Below are positions 40,005-48,645 of a stretch of 64,000 nucleotides of DNA, in pieces; positions within the stretch are counted from its first letter, which is position 1, and each line of letters opens with the position of its first letter. This DNA is from Christensenellaceae bacterium (lineage in GTDB: Bacteria; Bacillota; Clostridia; Christensenellales; Borkfalkiaceae). The stretch spans positions 10,497-74,496 of the forward strand of contig JBJEVF010000007.1 in the NCBI GenBank assembly GCA_051884215.1, given 5' to 3'. The position numbers were made by a program, and so were the translations under genes. The notes under the pieces are model-generated. The model did no database searches, was not told the origin of the DNA, and saw nothing but the letters and a program-made list of their open reading frames with translations.

Positions 40005-40205
40005 ATGATACACGAACCACCAATCGATGAGCTCGCTAAAAAAGTAGGCTCAAAATATGCGCTTTGCACGGTTGCGTCAAAAAGAGCAAGGCAAATTCTT
40101 GATTATTCAAAAAACCAGGTTAAAGATGCTCATCACGAAGAAAAGCCGTTGACTATTGCAGCGTGCGAAATATACGAAGGCAAAGTTACAGCAACAAAAT
40201 TTTAA
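40005..40205 (+). CDS. rpoZ: DNA-directed RNA polymerase subunit omega
   Basis: 66 aa with [24 protein letters not shown]. Confidence 0.9.
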   Translation: MIHEPPIDELAKKVGSKYALCTVASKRARQILDYSKNQVKDAHHEEKPLTIAACEIYEGKVTATKF

Positions 40206-40216
40206 TTTTTATGAGT

Positions 40217-40254
40217 ATGTCCACAGCTTGAGCTATGGGCATATTTGTTTTGTT
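40217..40254 (+). terminator. Probable intrinsic terminator after rpoZ
   Basis: ATGTCCACAGCT / AGCTATGGGCAT form an imperfect 12-nt stem (1 mismatch, 1 G-U) followed by ATTTGTTTTGTT. Confidence 0.45.
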
Positions 40255-40299
40255 ATTAAAGCAGTGCTTAAAGTGTTTTTATAAGGTTATTAGTGGCAA

Positions 40300-42495
40300 A
40301 TGATTGCAGAAGTTATAGTTGACATTGCTCATAGCGAAGTCGATAAAATTTTCGAATATATCTGCGACGACAGCGTGGAGTGCGGCAGCAGAGTTATCGT
40401 TCCTTTCGGTAAAATGAAAATCGAAGGGATCGTCGTCTCGTTGAAAGAAAAAAGCCGATACCCGTCAGATAAACTAAAATCCGTCGTCAGGGTAGTAGAT
40501 AGCTTTCCCGCAATCACTAAAGAGCATATCAGCCTTATGGACTATATGCGAAAAAAATATCACATAACTATGGCTCTGATACTGAGATTGTTTCTTCCGA
40601 GTGAAATGCGAAAGGGTAAGGTCAGAGAAAAATTGATAAGCTTTGCTGTCTTGAATACCGACTATACTTACGAGCAGGCTTGCTCTAAAATAAGCTTGAG
40701 ATCTAACAAGCAAATTCAGATTTTAGATTTTATGTCTAATGTAAAAAAGTGTAAAATTGCTGAATTAAAGCGTGATTTTGGAAATTATTCTGTAAATGCG
40801 CTATTGGCTTGTGAAGTGCTTAAAACGGTTGAAGAACGAGAACTTAGATCGCCCTATACCGCTCTTGAAAGCACGGAAAAGAATTATAGCTTGACGAGCG
40901 AACAGGAAAGAACTTTAAAAAGTATTCTCGATACGGATAAGACTGTGACGCTCGTTTTCGGCGTTACGGGAAGCGGAAAAACCGCAGTATATATCGAACT
41001 GATAAAAAACACCGTAAGGCAGGGGAAAACTGCAATAATGCTTGTTCCCGAAATTGCCCTGACGCCACAGATGTTATCGCAGTTAAGTTCTTGCTTTGGC
41101 GATGAGTGTGCGATTTTGCATAGCGGATTATCGCAAGGCGAGAGATTTGACGAGTGGTATCGTTTGCGCTCGGGGGAAGCGAAAATCGCAATAGGGGCAA
41201 GGTCGGCTGTATTTGCTCCTCTTGAAAATCTCGGGTTGATTATTATCGACGAAGAACACGAAGGCAGTTATGAAAGCGAGTCTAATCCGAGGTACTCGAC
41301 GATAGATATTGCTAAATTCCGTGCTCGGTATAACGGCTGTAAACTCATTTTAGGCAGTGCGACGCCGTCTGTCGACAGTTTTATGAGAGCAAAAAGCGGT
41401 GAATATAATTTATGTGAAATGCCTACTCGTATAAACAAGCGACCGATGCCCGAAATGCTTATTGCAGATATGAGAAACGAGCTTATGAACGGTAACAACA
41501 CCGCTTTTTCGTCAGTTTTAAAAGCTGAAATAGAAGATTGTTTAAAAGCTGAAAATCAAGCTATAATCTTTATAAACAGGCGAGGATATTCTCAACAGGT
41601 TATCTGTCGGGAGTGCGGATACGTTGCAAAGTGCGAAAATTGCGACGTTTCGTTGAATTATCACTCGTCCGGCAACGTGCTTAAATGTCACTATTGCGGC
41701 GCAACTTATAAAATGCTGACAGCTTGCCCTGAATGCGGCGGAGTCCATCTTAACTACATAGGCACGGGAACTCAAAAAGTAGTCGAAGATTTAAAAAAGC
41801 TTTTTCCCAAGGCTGCTATTTTGAGAATGGATAACGATACCACGCAAAACAAAGAAGGTCATTTTAAAATTTTAAAGCAGTTTGCCGAGCATAAAGCCGA
41901 TATTTTAGTCGGTACGCAGATGATTGCAAAAGGGCACGATTTTCCGTCGGTTACGCTGGTTGGAATACTCGACGCCGATATGAGCCTGTTCTTTTCCGAT
42001 TACCGCAGCGGCGAAAGGACTTTTCAGTTGCTGACGCAGGTTGCCGGAAGAGCCGGAAGGGCGGATAAAAAGGGCGTCGTGGTATTACAGACCTATGCGC
42101 CTAAGAACGCTGTGTTGAAGCTTGCTTCGACGTATAACTACACAGGTTTTTTCGAAAGGGAGCAGGCTTTGAGAAAGGCTACGCATTTTCCGCCTTTCGC
42201 CGTTATTCTGAGAGTTATGGTCGAAAGCGAGGACGACGAACTTGCGTTAGATACTCTGCGCAAGATTTATGAGGAAATTTCGCCGATTTATGAAGCGGAA
42301 AGAGAAAAATTTTTATTTTTTAATAAAATGAAATCACCGATAAAGCGGCTCAAAAACAAATTTCGCTATCAGCTTTTGATGCGCATAAAAATCGGTGAGG
42401 ACGAATTGATTGATAAAATTTACGAAATATCGTTGAAATACGTTACGAACAAAGTGCTTGTTTATGTAGAAAACAATCCAAGCAATTTGAGTTAG
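40300..42495 (+). CDS. priA: Primosomal replication-restart helicase PriA
   Basis: Walker A GVTGSGKT, DEEH box, and the Cys-rich insert CRECGY..CENC..CHYCG..CPECGG. 731 aa. Confidence 0.95.
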   Translation: MIAEVIVDIAHSEVDKIFEYICDDSVECGSRVIVPFGKMKIEGIVVSLKEKSRYPSDKLKSVVRVVDSFPAITKEHISLMDYMRKKYHITMALILRLFLPSEMRKGKVREKLISFAVLNTDYTYEQACSKISLRSNKQIQILDFMSNVKKCKIAELKRDFGNYSVNALLACEVLKTVEERELRSPYTALESTEKNYSLTSEQERTLKSILDTDKTVTLVFGVTGSGKTAVYIELIKNTVRQGKTAIMLVPEIALTPQMLSQLSSCFGDECAILHSGLSQGERFDEWYRLRSGEAKIAIGARSAVFAPLENLGLIIIDEEHEGSYESESNPRYSTIDIAKFRARYNGCKLILGSATPSVDSFMRAKSGEYNLCEMPTRINKRPMPEMLIADMRNELMNGNNTAFSSVLKAEIEDCLKAENQAIIFINRRGYSQQVICRECGYVAKCENCDVSLNYHSSGNVLKCHYCGATYKMLTACPECGGVHLNYIGTGTQKVVEDLKKLFPKAAILRMDNDTTQNKEGHFKILKQFAEHKADILVGTQMIAKGHDFPSVTLVGILDADMSLFFSDYRSGERTFQLLTQVAGRAGRADKKGVVVLQTYAPKNAVLKLASTYNYTGFFEREQALRKATHFPPFAVILRVMVESEDDELALDTLRKIYEEISPIYEAEREKFLFFNKMKSPIKRLKNKFRYQLLMRIKIGEDELIDKIYEISLKYVTNKVLVYVENNPSNLS

Positions 42496-42506
42496 GAGTT
42501 GAAGCT

Positions 42507-42962
42507 ATGGCTATAAGAAACATCGTTCAGTTAGGTGATGAAACGTTAAGAAAAAAAAGCGTCGAGGTTACGGAGATTACTCCTAAAATCATTCAGCTTC
42601 TCGACGATATGAAAGAAACTCTGGTAAAAGCTCAGGGCGCGGGACTTGCCGCTCCGCAGGTAGGCGTTTTACGCAGAATTTTCATTGTGATGGTTGAAGA
42701 AGGCTATTTTGAGTTTATTAATCCGAAAATAATCAAAATTGCCGGCAGGCAGTACGGACCCGAGGGCTGTTTATCCGTAAAAGGTAAACAAGGCGACGTA
42801 GAACGTCCGAGAAAGGTTGTCGTTAAAGCTCAGAACAGAAACGGCGAGTGGTTCGAGCTGACTGCCTACGGATTTTTCGCAAGGGCGATTTGTCACGAAA
42901 ACGATCATCTCGACGGAATTTTATACATAGATAAAGCAAGCTCTATGTATGAAGTCAAATAG
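42507..42962 (+). CDS. def: Peptide deformylase
   Basis: Motifs GAGLAAPQVG, EGCLS and HENDHLDG. Confidence 0.96.
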   Translation: MAIRNIVQLGDETLRKKSVEVTEITPKIIQLLDDMKETLVKAQGAGLAAPQVGVLRRIFIVMVEEGYFEFINPKIIKIAGRQYGPEGCLSVKGKQGDVERPRKVVVKAQNRNGEWFELTAYGFFARAICHENDHLDGILYIDKASSMYEVK

Positions 42963-43001
42963 TTTTTGCTCAGTTAAATTCTACGATTAAGGTAAATTAT
43001 A

Positions 43002-43937
43002 ATGAAAATTGTTTTTTTTGGAACGCCGGATTTTGCGGTTGAAACGCTTCAAAACTTAATTTCTTCGGATCACGAGGTCCTTGCCGTTGTTACTCAACCG
43101 GATAAACCTGTCGGTAGATTTGCCGAATTAAAGCCGTCTCCGGTCAAGGAATGCGCCGTTAAGAATAACGTTAAATGTTTGCAATACGACAAGGTGTCAA
43201 AAGAAGGGCTGGAGGATTTAAAAGAGCTTAACGCAGACATATTCGTAACTTGCGCTTTCGGGCAGATATTATCTCAGGAGCTTATAGATATACCTGAATA
43301 CGGCGTTATCAACGTGCACGCTTCATTGCTTCCTAAATACCGCGGCGCAAGTCCTATTCAGCACGCAGTTTTAAACGGCGATAGCCAAACGGGCGTGACC
43401 ATTATGCAAACCGACGCAGGACTTGATACGGGCGACGTTATTATCAGCGAAAAGACCGATATACTCGAAAACGAAACTTCATCGGAGCTTTTTGAGAGAT
43501 TGTCGCATTTGGGCGCAGCGCTTCTTTTGGTCGCTCTGGATAAAATCGAAAATAAAACGGCAACGTTTACTAAGCAGGATAACAGCTTGGCAACGTATGT
43601 AAAAATGATTAAAAAATCAGACGCTGTGCTTGATTTTACAAAAAATTGCAAAACGTTGCACAACTTTGTGAGGGGGATGCTCGATTGGCCTTGCGCCTTC
43701 ACTTATCTTAACGATAAAATATTGAAGGTATTTAAAATTTCGTACAAAGAAGAAAATAAAGTTTATCCCGACGACGAATGCGGAGTCGTTTTGTCAACCG
43801 ATAAAACTGTCAAGGTTCGTTGTAAAGACGGGTATATTGAAATTTTGTCGTTGCAGCTTGAAGGCTCAAAGCGTATGGACTCGGCAAGTTTTATACTTGG
43901 AAGAAAGATTAAAATTGGTGATAAATTGGGTTTATGA
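43002..43937 (+). CDS. fmt: Methionyl-tRNA formyltransferase
   Basis: IVFFGTPDFAV, NVHASLLPKYRGASPIQ and 311 aa. Located after def. Confidence 0.95.
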   Translation: MKIVFFGTPDFAVETLQNLISSDHEVLAVVTQPDKPVGRFAELKPSPVKECAVKNNVKCLQYDKVSKEGLEDLKELNADIFVTCAFGQILSQELIDIPEYGVINVHASLLPKYRGASPIQHAVLNGDSQTGVTIMQTDAGLDTGDVIISEKTDILENETSSELFERLSHLGAALLLVALDKIENKTATFTKQDNSLATYVKMIKKSDAVLDFTKNCKTLHNFVRGMLDWPCAFTYLNDKILKVFKISYKEENKVYPDDECGVVLSTDKTVKVRCKDGYIEILSLQLEGSKRMDSASFILGRKIKIGDKLGL

Positions 43938-45181
43938 TAACGCTTTTTTACGATTGTTACAACGTATTGAATAAAGTTTACAGCGACGGAGCGTATATAT
44001 CGCAAGCGATTAACGGTACGCAGGTTGAAAGGTTGAAAATCAAGCAGATAACCAAGATTTGCTACGGCGTACTGGATAAGGACGTCGAGTTGAGCTATTA
44101 CGTTAAGTTTCTGACCGAGAAAAATCCGAAACTGAGCGTCAGAACGATATTAAAAATATCGATGTATTGTATCAAATATCTGAACAAGCAACCTTACGCA
44201 GTGACTAATTCCGCGGTTGAGCTTGCTAAAAAACTCGGAAAAAGCGGAGCTAAGGGCTTTATAAACGCTTTTTTGAGAAATTTTATAAACAAGCCGATAC
44301 CTTTACCGACCGATCCTATTGAAAACCTTTCGGTAAAGTATAGTTATCCGTCGGATGCTTTAAAATATTTAATCGAAAGCTACGGCGCGGATACGGCTGA
44401 AAAAATTATCGCCTACGACGAAGAACATTCATTTGCTCGCTTTGCGAGCGGTTTTAACGGAGAAGAATATCTAACCGAAAACAAAATAGAGTATAGAAAA
44501 ACGGTCTATTCTGATTTGTTCGACGTAAAAGGTCTTGCGTTAAACGACGATTTTAAAAACGGAGTATTCACTTTTCAGTCTATAGGTTCCGTTGCTATCT
44601 GTGAAGCAGTCGATAGCGGCGAATTATTGCTCGATTGCTGTTCGGCTCCCGGCGGAAAAGCCGTGCTTTTAAGCGGCAGGTTTAAAAAGGTAGTTGCTAA
44701 CGATATTCACGAGCATAGATGCGAATTGATAAAAAGCTACGCCGAAAGAATGCACGTTGACAATATCTCAGTCGCCGTGCAGGACGGCGCTCTGTATAAT
44801 TCAGAATACGACGGAGTGTTTGATACCGTTTTATGCGACGCGCCTTGCAGTGGATACGGCACTTTAAAAGATAATCCCGATATAAAGCTGCATAAGCGTT
44901 TTTCAGATTTGGTAAACCTTACTAATCAGCAGCTTGCTATATTGAATAACGTGTCGGAATATGTGAAAATCGGTGGATATTTAGTTTATTCCACTTGTTC
45001 TCCGTTCGACGTAGAAAACGATAAAATTATAGATAAATTCTTAAAAAATCACGCAAATTACGAATTGGTGAAAATAAAGTTAAGCCTTGAAAACGTTACG
45101 ACTGAATACGGCAATCAGTTCCTGCCGCATATAAGCCTTGGGCAAGGATTTTACGTTTCTAAATTAAGAAGGATAAAATGA
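43934..45181 (+). CDS. rsmB: 16S rRNA (cytosine967-C5)-methyltransferase RsmB
   Basis: NusB-like N-domain, SAM motif DCCSAPGGK, and catalytic DAPCSG and TCS. ATGA overlap with fmt. Confidence 0.9.
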   Translation: MITLFYDCYNVLNKVYSDGAYISQAINGTQVERLKIKQITKICYGVLDKDVELSYYVKFLTEKNPKLSVRTILKISMYCIKYLNKQPYAVTNSAVELAKKLGKSGAKGFINAFLRNFINKPIPLPTDPIENLSVKYSYPSDALKYLIESYGADTAEKIIAYDEEHSFARFASGFNGEEYLTENKIEYRKTVYSDLFDVKGLALNDDFKNGVFTFQSIGSVAICEAVDSGELLLDCCSAPGGKAVLLSGRFKKVVANDIHEHRCELIKSYAERMHVDNISVAVQDGALYNSEYDGVFDTVLCDAPCSGYGTLKDNPDIKLHKRFSDLVNLTNQQLAILNNVSEYVKIGGYLVYSTCSPFDVENDKIIDKFLKNHANYELVKIKLSLENVTTEYGNQFLPHISLGQGFYVSKLRRIK

Positions 45182-46224
45182 AAATATTACAGGATTTGAA
45201 CGTTGACGAGTTGAAGGATTTGCTTGTCGGTTTGGGCGAACAGCCGTTTCGTGCAAAGCAGATTTTTTCAGCGCTTCACAGGGGCGAAAGAATAAGCGAA
45301 ATTTCAAACGTTAAAATTGCATTAAGAAACAGGCTTCTCGAAGAATATGCCGATATGCCTTGCGAGATAATTAAAGAGTTGACCTCTAAGGATAAAACGA
45401 AGAAATTTCTATTTAAGCTTTACGACGGCAACGTCATAGAAGGCGTTTTGATGAGTTACAAATACGGCTATACTCTATGCGTATCTACTCAGGTAGGTTG
45501 TCGTATGGGGTGCAGGTTTTGCGCTTCAACTTTGGATGGTCTTGTGAGAAATCTTACAAGCGGCGAGATTTTGTCGCAAATTCTCGTCGTAAATAAATAT
45601 ATCGGCGGAAACTTAACGAAAAGAGCTGTCACGAACGTAGTTCTGATGGGTAGCGGCGAACCGCTTGACAATTACGACAACGTTATAAAGTTTTTAAAGC
45701 TTGCGTCTTGTAAAGAAGGCATTAATATCAGCCTGAGAAACGTAAGCTTATCAACTTGCGGTTTAGTTGATAAAATGTACAGTTTAGCAGATGAAAATTT
45801 GCCGATAAATCTTACCGTTTCTTTGCATTCGCCGTTTGACGATATGCGAAAGCAGATAATGCCGATAGCAAATAAATATAAAGTCGTCGAAATAATTTCA
45901 GCGTGTAAAAACTATTTTGAAAAAACAAAAAGACGAGTCTATTTTGAATATTCGCTGATAAAAAATCTCAATGATAACGAACGGTGCGCCGTAAAGCTTA
46001 GCGAGCTTTTGCGTGGCTTTTCGTGCCATATAAATCTTATAAGGCTAAATTCCGTCAAGGAAAGAAATCTTATCGGCACTTCGGATAAATCGGCTGAAAA
46101 TTTTATGAAAACTCTATCCGAAAAGGGTTTATCGGTGACGATTCGCCGCCAGATGGGCAACGATATAGACGGCGCGTGCGGTCAGCTCAGGCGAAACTTT
46201 ATTCAGGAGGGTAAGGAGCATTAA
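45178..46224 (+). CDS. rlmN: 23S rRNA/tRNA adenine-C2 methyltransferase RlmN (radical SAM)
   Basis: Contains FRAKQIF, the radical-SAM cluster CRMGCRFCAS and MGSGEP, plus a GACGQL motif near the C-terminus. ATGA overlap with rsmB. Confidence 0.95.
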   Translation: MKILQDLNVDELKDLLVGLGEQPFRAKQIFSALHRGERISEISNVKIALRNRLLEEYADMPCEIIKELTSKDKTKKFLFKLYDGNVIEGVLMSYKYGYTLCVSTQVGCRMGCRFCASTLDGLVRNLTSGEILSQILVVNKYIGGNLTKRAVTNVVLMGSGEPLDNYDNVIKFLKLASCKEGINISLRNVSLSTCGLVDKMYSLADENLPINLTVSLHSPFDDMRKQIMPIANKYKVVEIISACKNYFEKTKRRVYFEYSLIKNLNDNERCAVKLSELLRGFSCHINLIRLNSVKERNLIGTSDKSAENFMKTLSEKGLSVTIRRQMGNDIDGACGQLRRNFIQEGKEH

Positions 46225-47074
46225 AGGTCAGGTTTTTAAAATTCAGTCTAATAAATATCTCGTTTTTTGTCAAAACGAATACCGCCTTTGCGTTGCGCGC
46301 GGAAACCTTAAAAATCGCAGTCAGAAGATTTGCGTGGGCGATTTTGTCGAATTTGATAACGACGTAATCACAAGCGTTTACGACAGATTTTCAAATTTTA
46401 CTCGTCCTAACGTCGCAAATATAGAATGCGTTAATATTGTAATAGGAAATCCGCCTAAGCCCGATTATATACTTATCGATAAAATTATCGCTGCTTCGAA
46501 TTATGCAAACGTCAAGGTATATCTGACTGTCAATAAATGCGATCTCGACAGTATCGAAGGCGATTGCGTTAAAGATTACGTTTTAAAAAATTATAAAAAC
46601 GCAGTTGACGAAATATTTTTCGTTTCTGCGCTCACGGGCGAAGGCATTGAAGAATTAAAAAAGGCGTTAGCCGATAAGCTCGTCGTGTTTGCGGGGCAGT
46701 CGGCAGTCGGAAAGACGACTATCACAAACAAGCTGTTCGGAAAAGACAATAAAGTCGGTGACGTAAGTTTAAAAACGATGCGCGGCAGGCACACGACGAC
46801 TTACAGCGAAATACATATAGCAGACGGCTATAAAATCTGCGATACGCCGGGGTTTTCTCAGGTTGAATTAAGCTTCAAATCCGACGAATTGAAGGATTGT
46901 TACAGAGAGTTTGCTGATTCAGAGTGCTTTTATCTGGATTGCAAGCACGCAAGCGAACCGCACTGTGCTATAAAACAAAAAGTCGAACGCGGTGAAATAT
47001 CTCGGGACAGATATAACCGTTATATCGAAATTTTTACGGAAATGAAAAAGGAAGAAAAGTATGCAAAGTATTAA
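46220..47074 (+). CDS. rsgA: Ribosome small-subunit biogenesis GTPase RsgA (start codon non-canonical; see findings)
   Basis: The frame is open from 46169. Codons 46220-46333 encode a typical RsgA OB-fold N-terminus (IKGQVFKIQSNKYLVFCQNEYRLCVARGNLKNRSQKICVGDFV). Circularly permuted GTPase motifs are NKCDL, FAGQSAVGKTT and DTPGF. Zn motif is CxxxDCxHxxEPxC. No ATG, GTG or TTG occurs before 46334. Confidence 0.85.
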   Translation: MKGQVFKIQSNKYLVFCQNEYRLCVARGNLKNRSQKICVGDFVEFDNDVITSVYDRFSNFTRPNVANIECVNIVIGNPPKPDYILIDKIIAASNYANVKVYLTVNKCDLDSIEGDCVKDYVLKNYKNAVDEIFFVSALTGEGIEELKKALADKLVVFAGQSAVGKTTITNKLFGKDNKVGDVSLKTMRGRHTTTYSEIHIADGYKICDTPGFSQVELSFKSDELKDCYREFADSECFYLDCKHASEPHCAIKQKVERGEISRDRYNRYIEIFTEMKKEEKYAKY

Positions 47075-47717
47075 AATTGCGCCGTCGATATTGTCGGCAG
47101 ATTTTTCAAAAATGGGCGAAGAAGTAAAAAAGCTTGAAGAATGCGGCGCCGATATTATCCATTGCGACGTTATGGACGGGGTTTTCGTGCCAAATATTAC
47201 TTTTGGCATCAAGATGGTTGCAGACGTGAGAAAAATAACGAAATTGCCGCTTGATTGTCACTTGATGATCGTAAATCCCGAAAAATACGTTGAAGCGTTT
47301 GCCAAAGCAGGCGCAGATTATATTACCGTGCATTACGAAGCTACGGGTGAAAAAACAAGCGAGGTTTTAAAACTGATAAGATCCTTCGGCGTAAAATGCG
47401 GCGTCGTTATAAATCCGGATACTTGCGCCGAAAAAATAAAGGACGTTGTCAGTCTTTGCGATATGGTTCTCGTAATGAGCGTTTTTCCCGGCTTTGGAGG
47501 TCAGAAATTTATTCCGACGAGCGTCGACGAGTTGAAAAAAGTCAGAAGCTATATCGATGAAAGCAACCCGTCTTGCCGTCTGGAAATCGACGGCGGCGTC
47601 ACCGAGGAAAACGTTTCGGTCGTTAAAAGCGCAGGCGCTGATACGATAGTTGCCGGAAGCACCGTCTTTAAAGCGTCGGATATGGCAAAAACCATATATA
47701 ATCTTAAAAATAATTAA
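47061..47717 (+). CDS. rpe: Ribulose-phosphate 3-epimerase
   Basis: IAPSILSADF, HCDVMDG.FVPN and VNPGFGGQKF-like motifs. 218 aa. Confidence 0.95.
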   Translation: MQSIKIAPSILSADFSKMGEEVKKLEECGADIIHCDVMDGVFVPNITFGIKMVADVRKITKLPLDCHLMIVNPEKYVEAFAKAGADYITVHYEATGEKTSEVLKLIRSFGVKCGVVINPDTCAEKIKDVVSLCDMVLVMSVFPGFGGQKFIPTSVDELKKVRSYIDESNPSCRLEIDGGVTEENVSVVKSAGADTIVAGSTVFKASDMAKTIYNLKNN

Positions 47718-47742
47718 GTATAGAAAATTGACGATAAGTAAT

Positions 47743-47802
47743 AAAAAACAGTCCGGCGCGTATATCGCTATTATTGCGATAATTGTTTAAGGACTGTTTT
47801 TT
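47743..47802. terminator. Compound hairpin / bidirectional terminator between convergent rpe and rpmB
   Basis: Outer 12-bp stem AAAAAACAGTCC (47743-54) / GGACTGTTTTTT (47791-802) encloses an inner hairpin TATCGC-tattatt-GCGATA. A and T runs lie on both sides. Confidence 0.6.
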
Positions 47803-47875
47803 ATATCAGATTTCCGGCAATAATTAAAGAGCGGTTAAAAAAATAAAAGGCCGTCAACAGACGACCGGAAACCGC

Positions 47876-48064
47876 TTATGCTCTTTCAACGCTACCGCTT
47901 TTTAAGCAACGGGTGCATACGTATTCAGAAGAAACAACTCCGTTTTTAACAAGACGGACCTTTTGAACGTTGGCATTGTAAGAACGTGGTGTTTTGCGGT
48001 TTGAGTGACTAACTAAATTTCCGCTCAGTTTACCTTTTCCGCATATACTGCAAACTCTCGACAT
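47876..48064 (-). CDS. rpmB: 50S ribosomal protein L28
   Basis: 62 aa, MSRVCSICGKGKLSGNLVSHSNRKTPR. GGAGGTG RBS on the minus strand. Confidence 0.95.
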   Translation of the reverse strand: MSRVCSICGKGKLSGNLVSHSNRKTPRSYNANVQKVRLVKNGVVSSEYVCTRCLKSGSVERA

Positions 48065-48273
48065 AATAACACCTCCAACTGCGTTTTAAGAATTAGCTTT
48101 ATAACTATATCATTATTTTTACAAAAAAGCAACAAAATTTAGTATATTTTTTAATTATTTGTTTTAAATTTTTTGTGAATGTGGTAAAATGGTGAAAAAT
48201 AATGAAGATAAAATAAAAGGTCTTGCAATTATTATATAATTAGTGTAAAATATAAACGATTAAGGAGCGTTAT

Positions 48274-48624
48274 ATGGCAGTTACGACATCGAACAGTTAC
48301 GGTAACATTTCCATATCTGATGAAGCTATAATCAGGGTTGCGGCGCACGCAGCTCTCGATTGCTATGGCATCGTAGAGCTTGTTTCATACAAGCTGAAAG
48401 ATTCCGTCGCTTCTTTTATCAGTAAGGATACCAGCGCAAAAGGGGTTAAAGTTATGACCTCCGGGGATAAGATCACAATCGATTTATTCGTTGTGATTAA
48501 GTTCGGCGTCTTGATTTCAGCCGTTGCCGAATCATTGAAGCAATCGGTTAAATATCAGGTTGAAAAATTTACGGGAATGGTCGTCGAGGCGGTTAACGTA
48601 AATATTATGGGTGTCAAACTTTAA
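48274..48624 (+). CDS. Asp23/Gls24 family envelope-stress protein (YloU-like)
   Basis: 116 aa with ISDEAIIRVAAHAALDCYGIV. AAGGAG RBS. Paired with the downstream DAK2 protein as in the Bacillus yloU-yloV arrangement. Confidence 0.88.
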   Translation: MAVTTSNSYGNISISDEAIIRVAAHAALDCYGIVELVSYKLKDSVASFISKDTSAKGVKVMTSGDKITIDLFVVIKFGVLISAVAESLKQSVKYQVEKFTGMVVEAVNVNIMGVKL

Positions 48625-48645
48625 TTTGATTTTAAGGAGTTTATT

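Noticed and set aside
46334-47074. rsgA as a truncated gene or pseudogene starting at GTG 46334
   Set aside because: The 38 codons upstream are in frame, free of stops, and encode the conserved OB-fold N-terminus. A tandem SD precedes ATT 46220. It is therefore annotated as full length with a non-canonical start, and this is flagged in the findings.
47718-47875. Possible spoVM or thiN remnant between rpe and rpmB, as in B. subtilis
   Set aside because: No ATG-initiated small ORF with an RBS occurs on either strand. The region is occupied by hairpins.
48065-48273. Small ORFs in AT-rich gaps: a 16-codon ATGGTGAAAAAT... ORF here, a 19-codon ORF at about 15353-15412, and 6-codon ORFs at 40211 and 17201
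   Set aside because: They have no Shine-Dalgarno and no conservation argument, and such ORFs are expected by chance in AT-rich DNA. The 209-nt gap is better explained by divergent rpmB and asp23 promoters.
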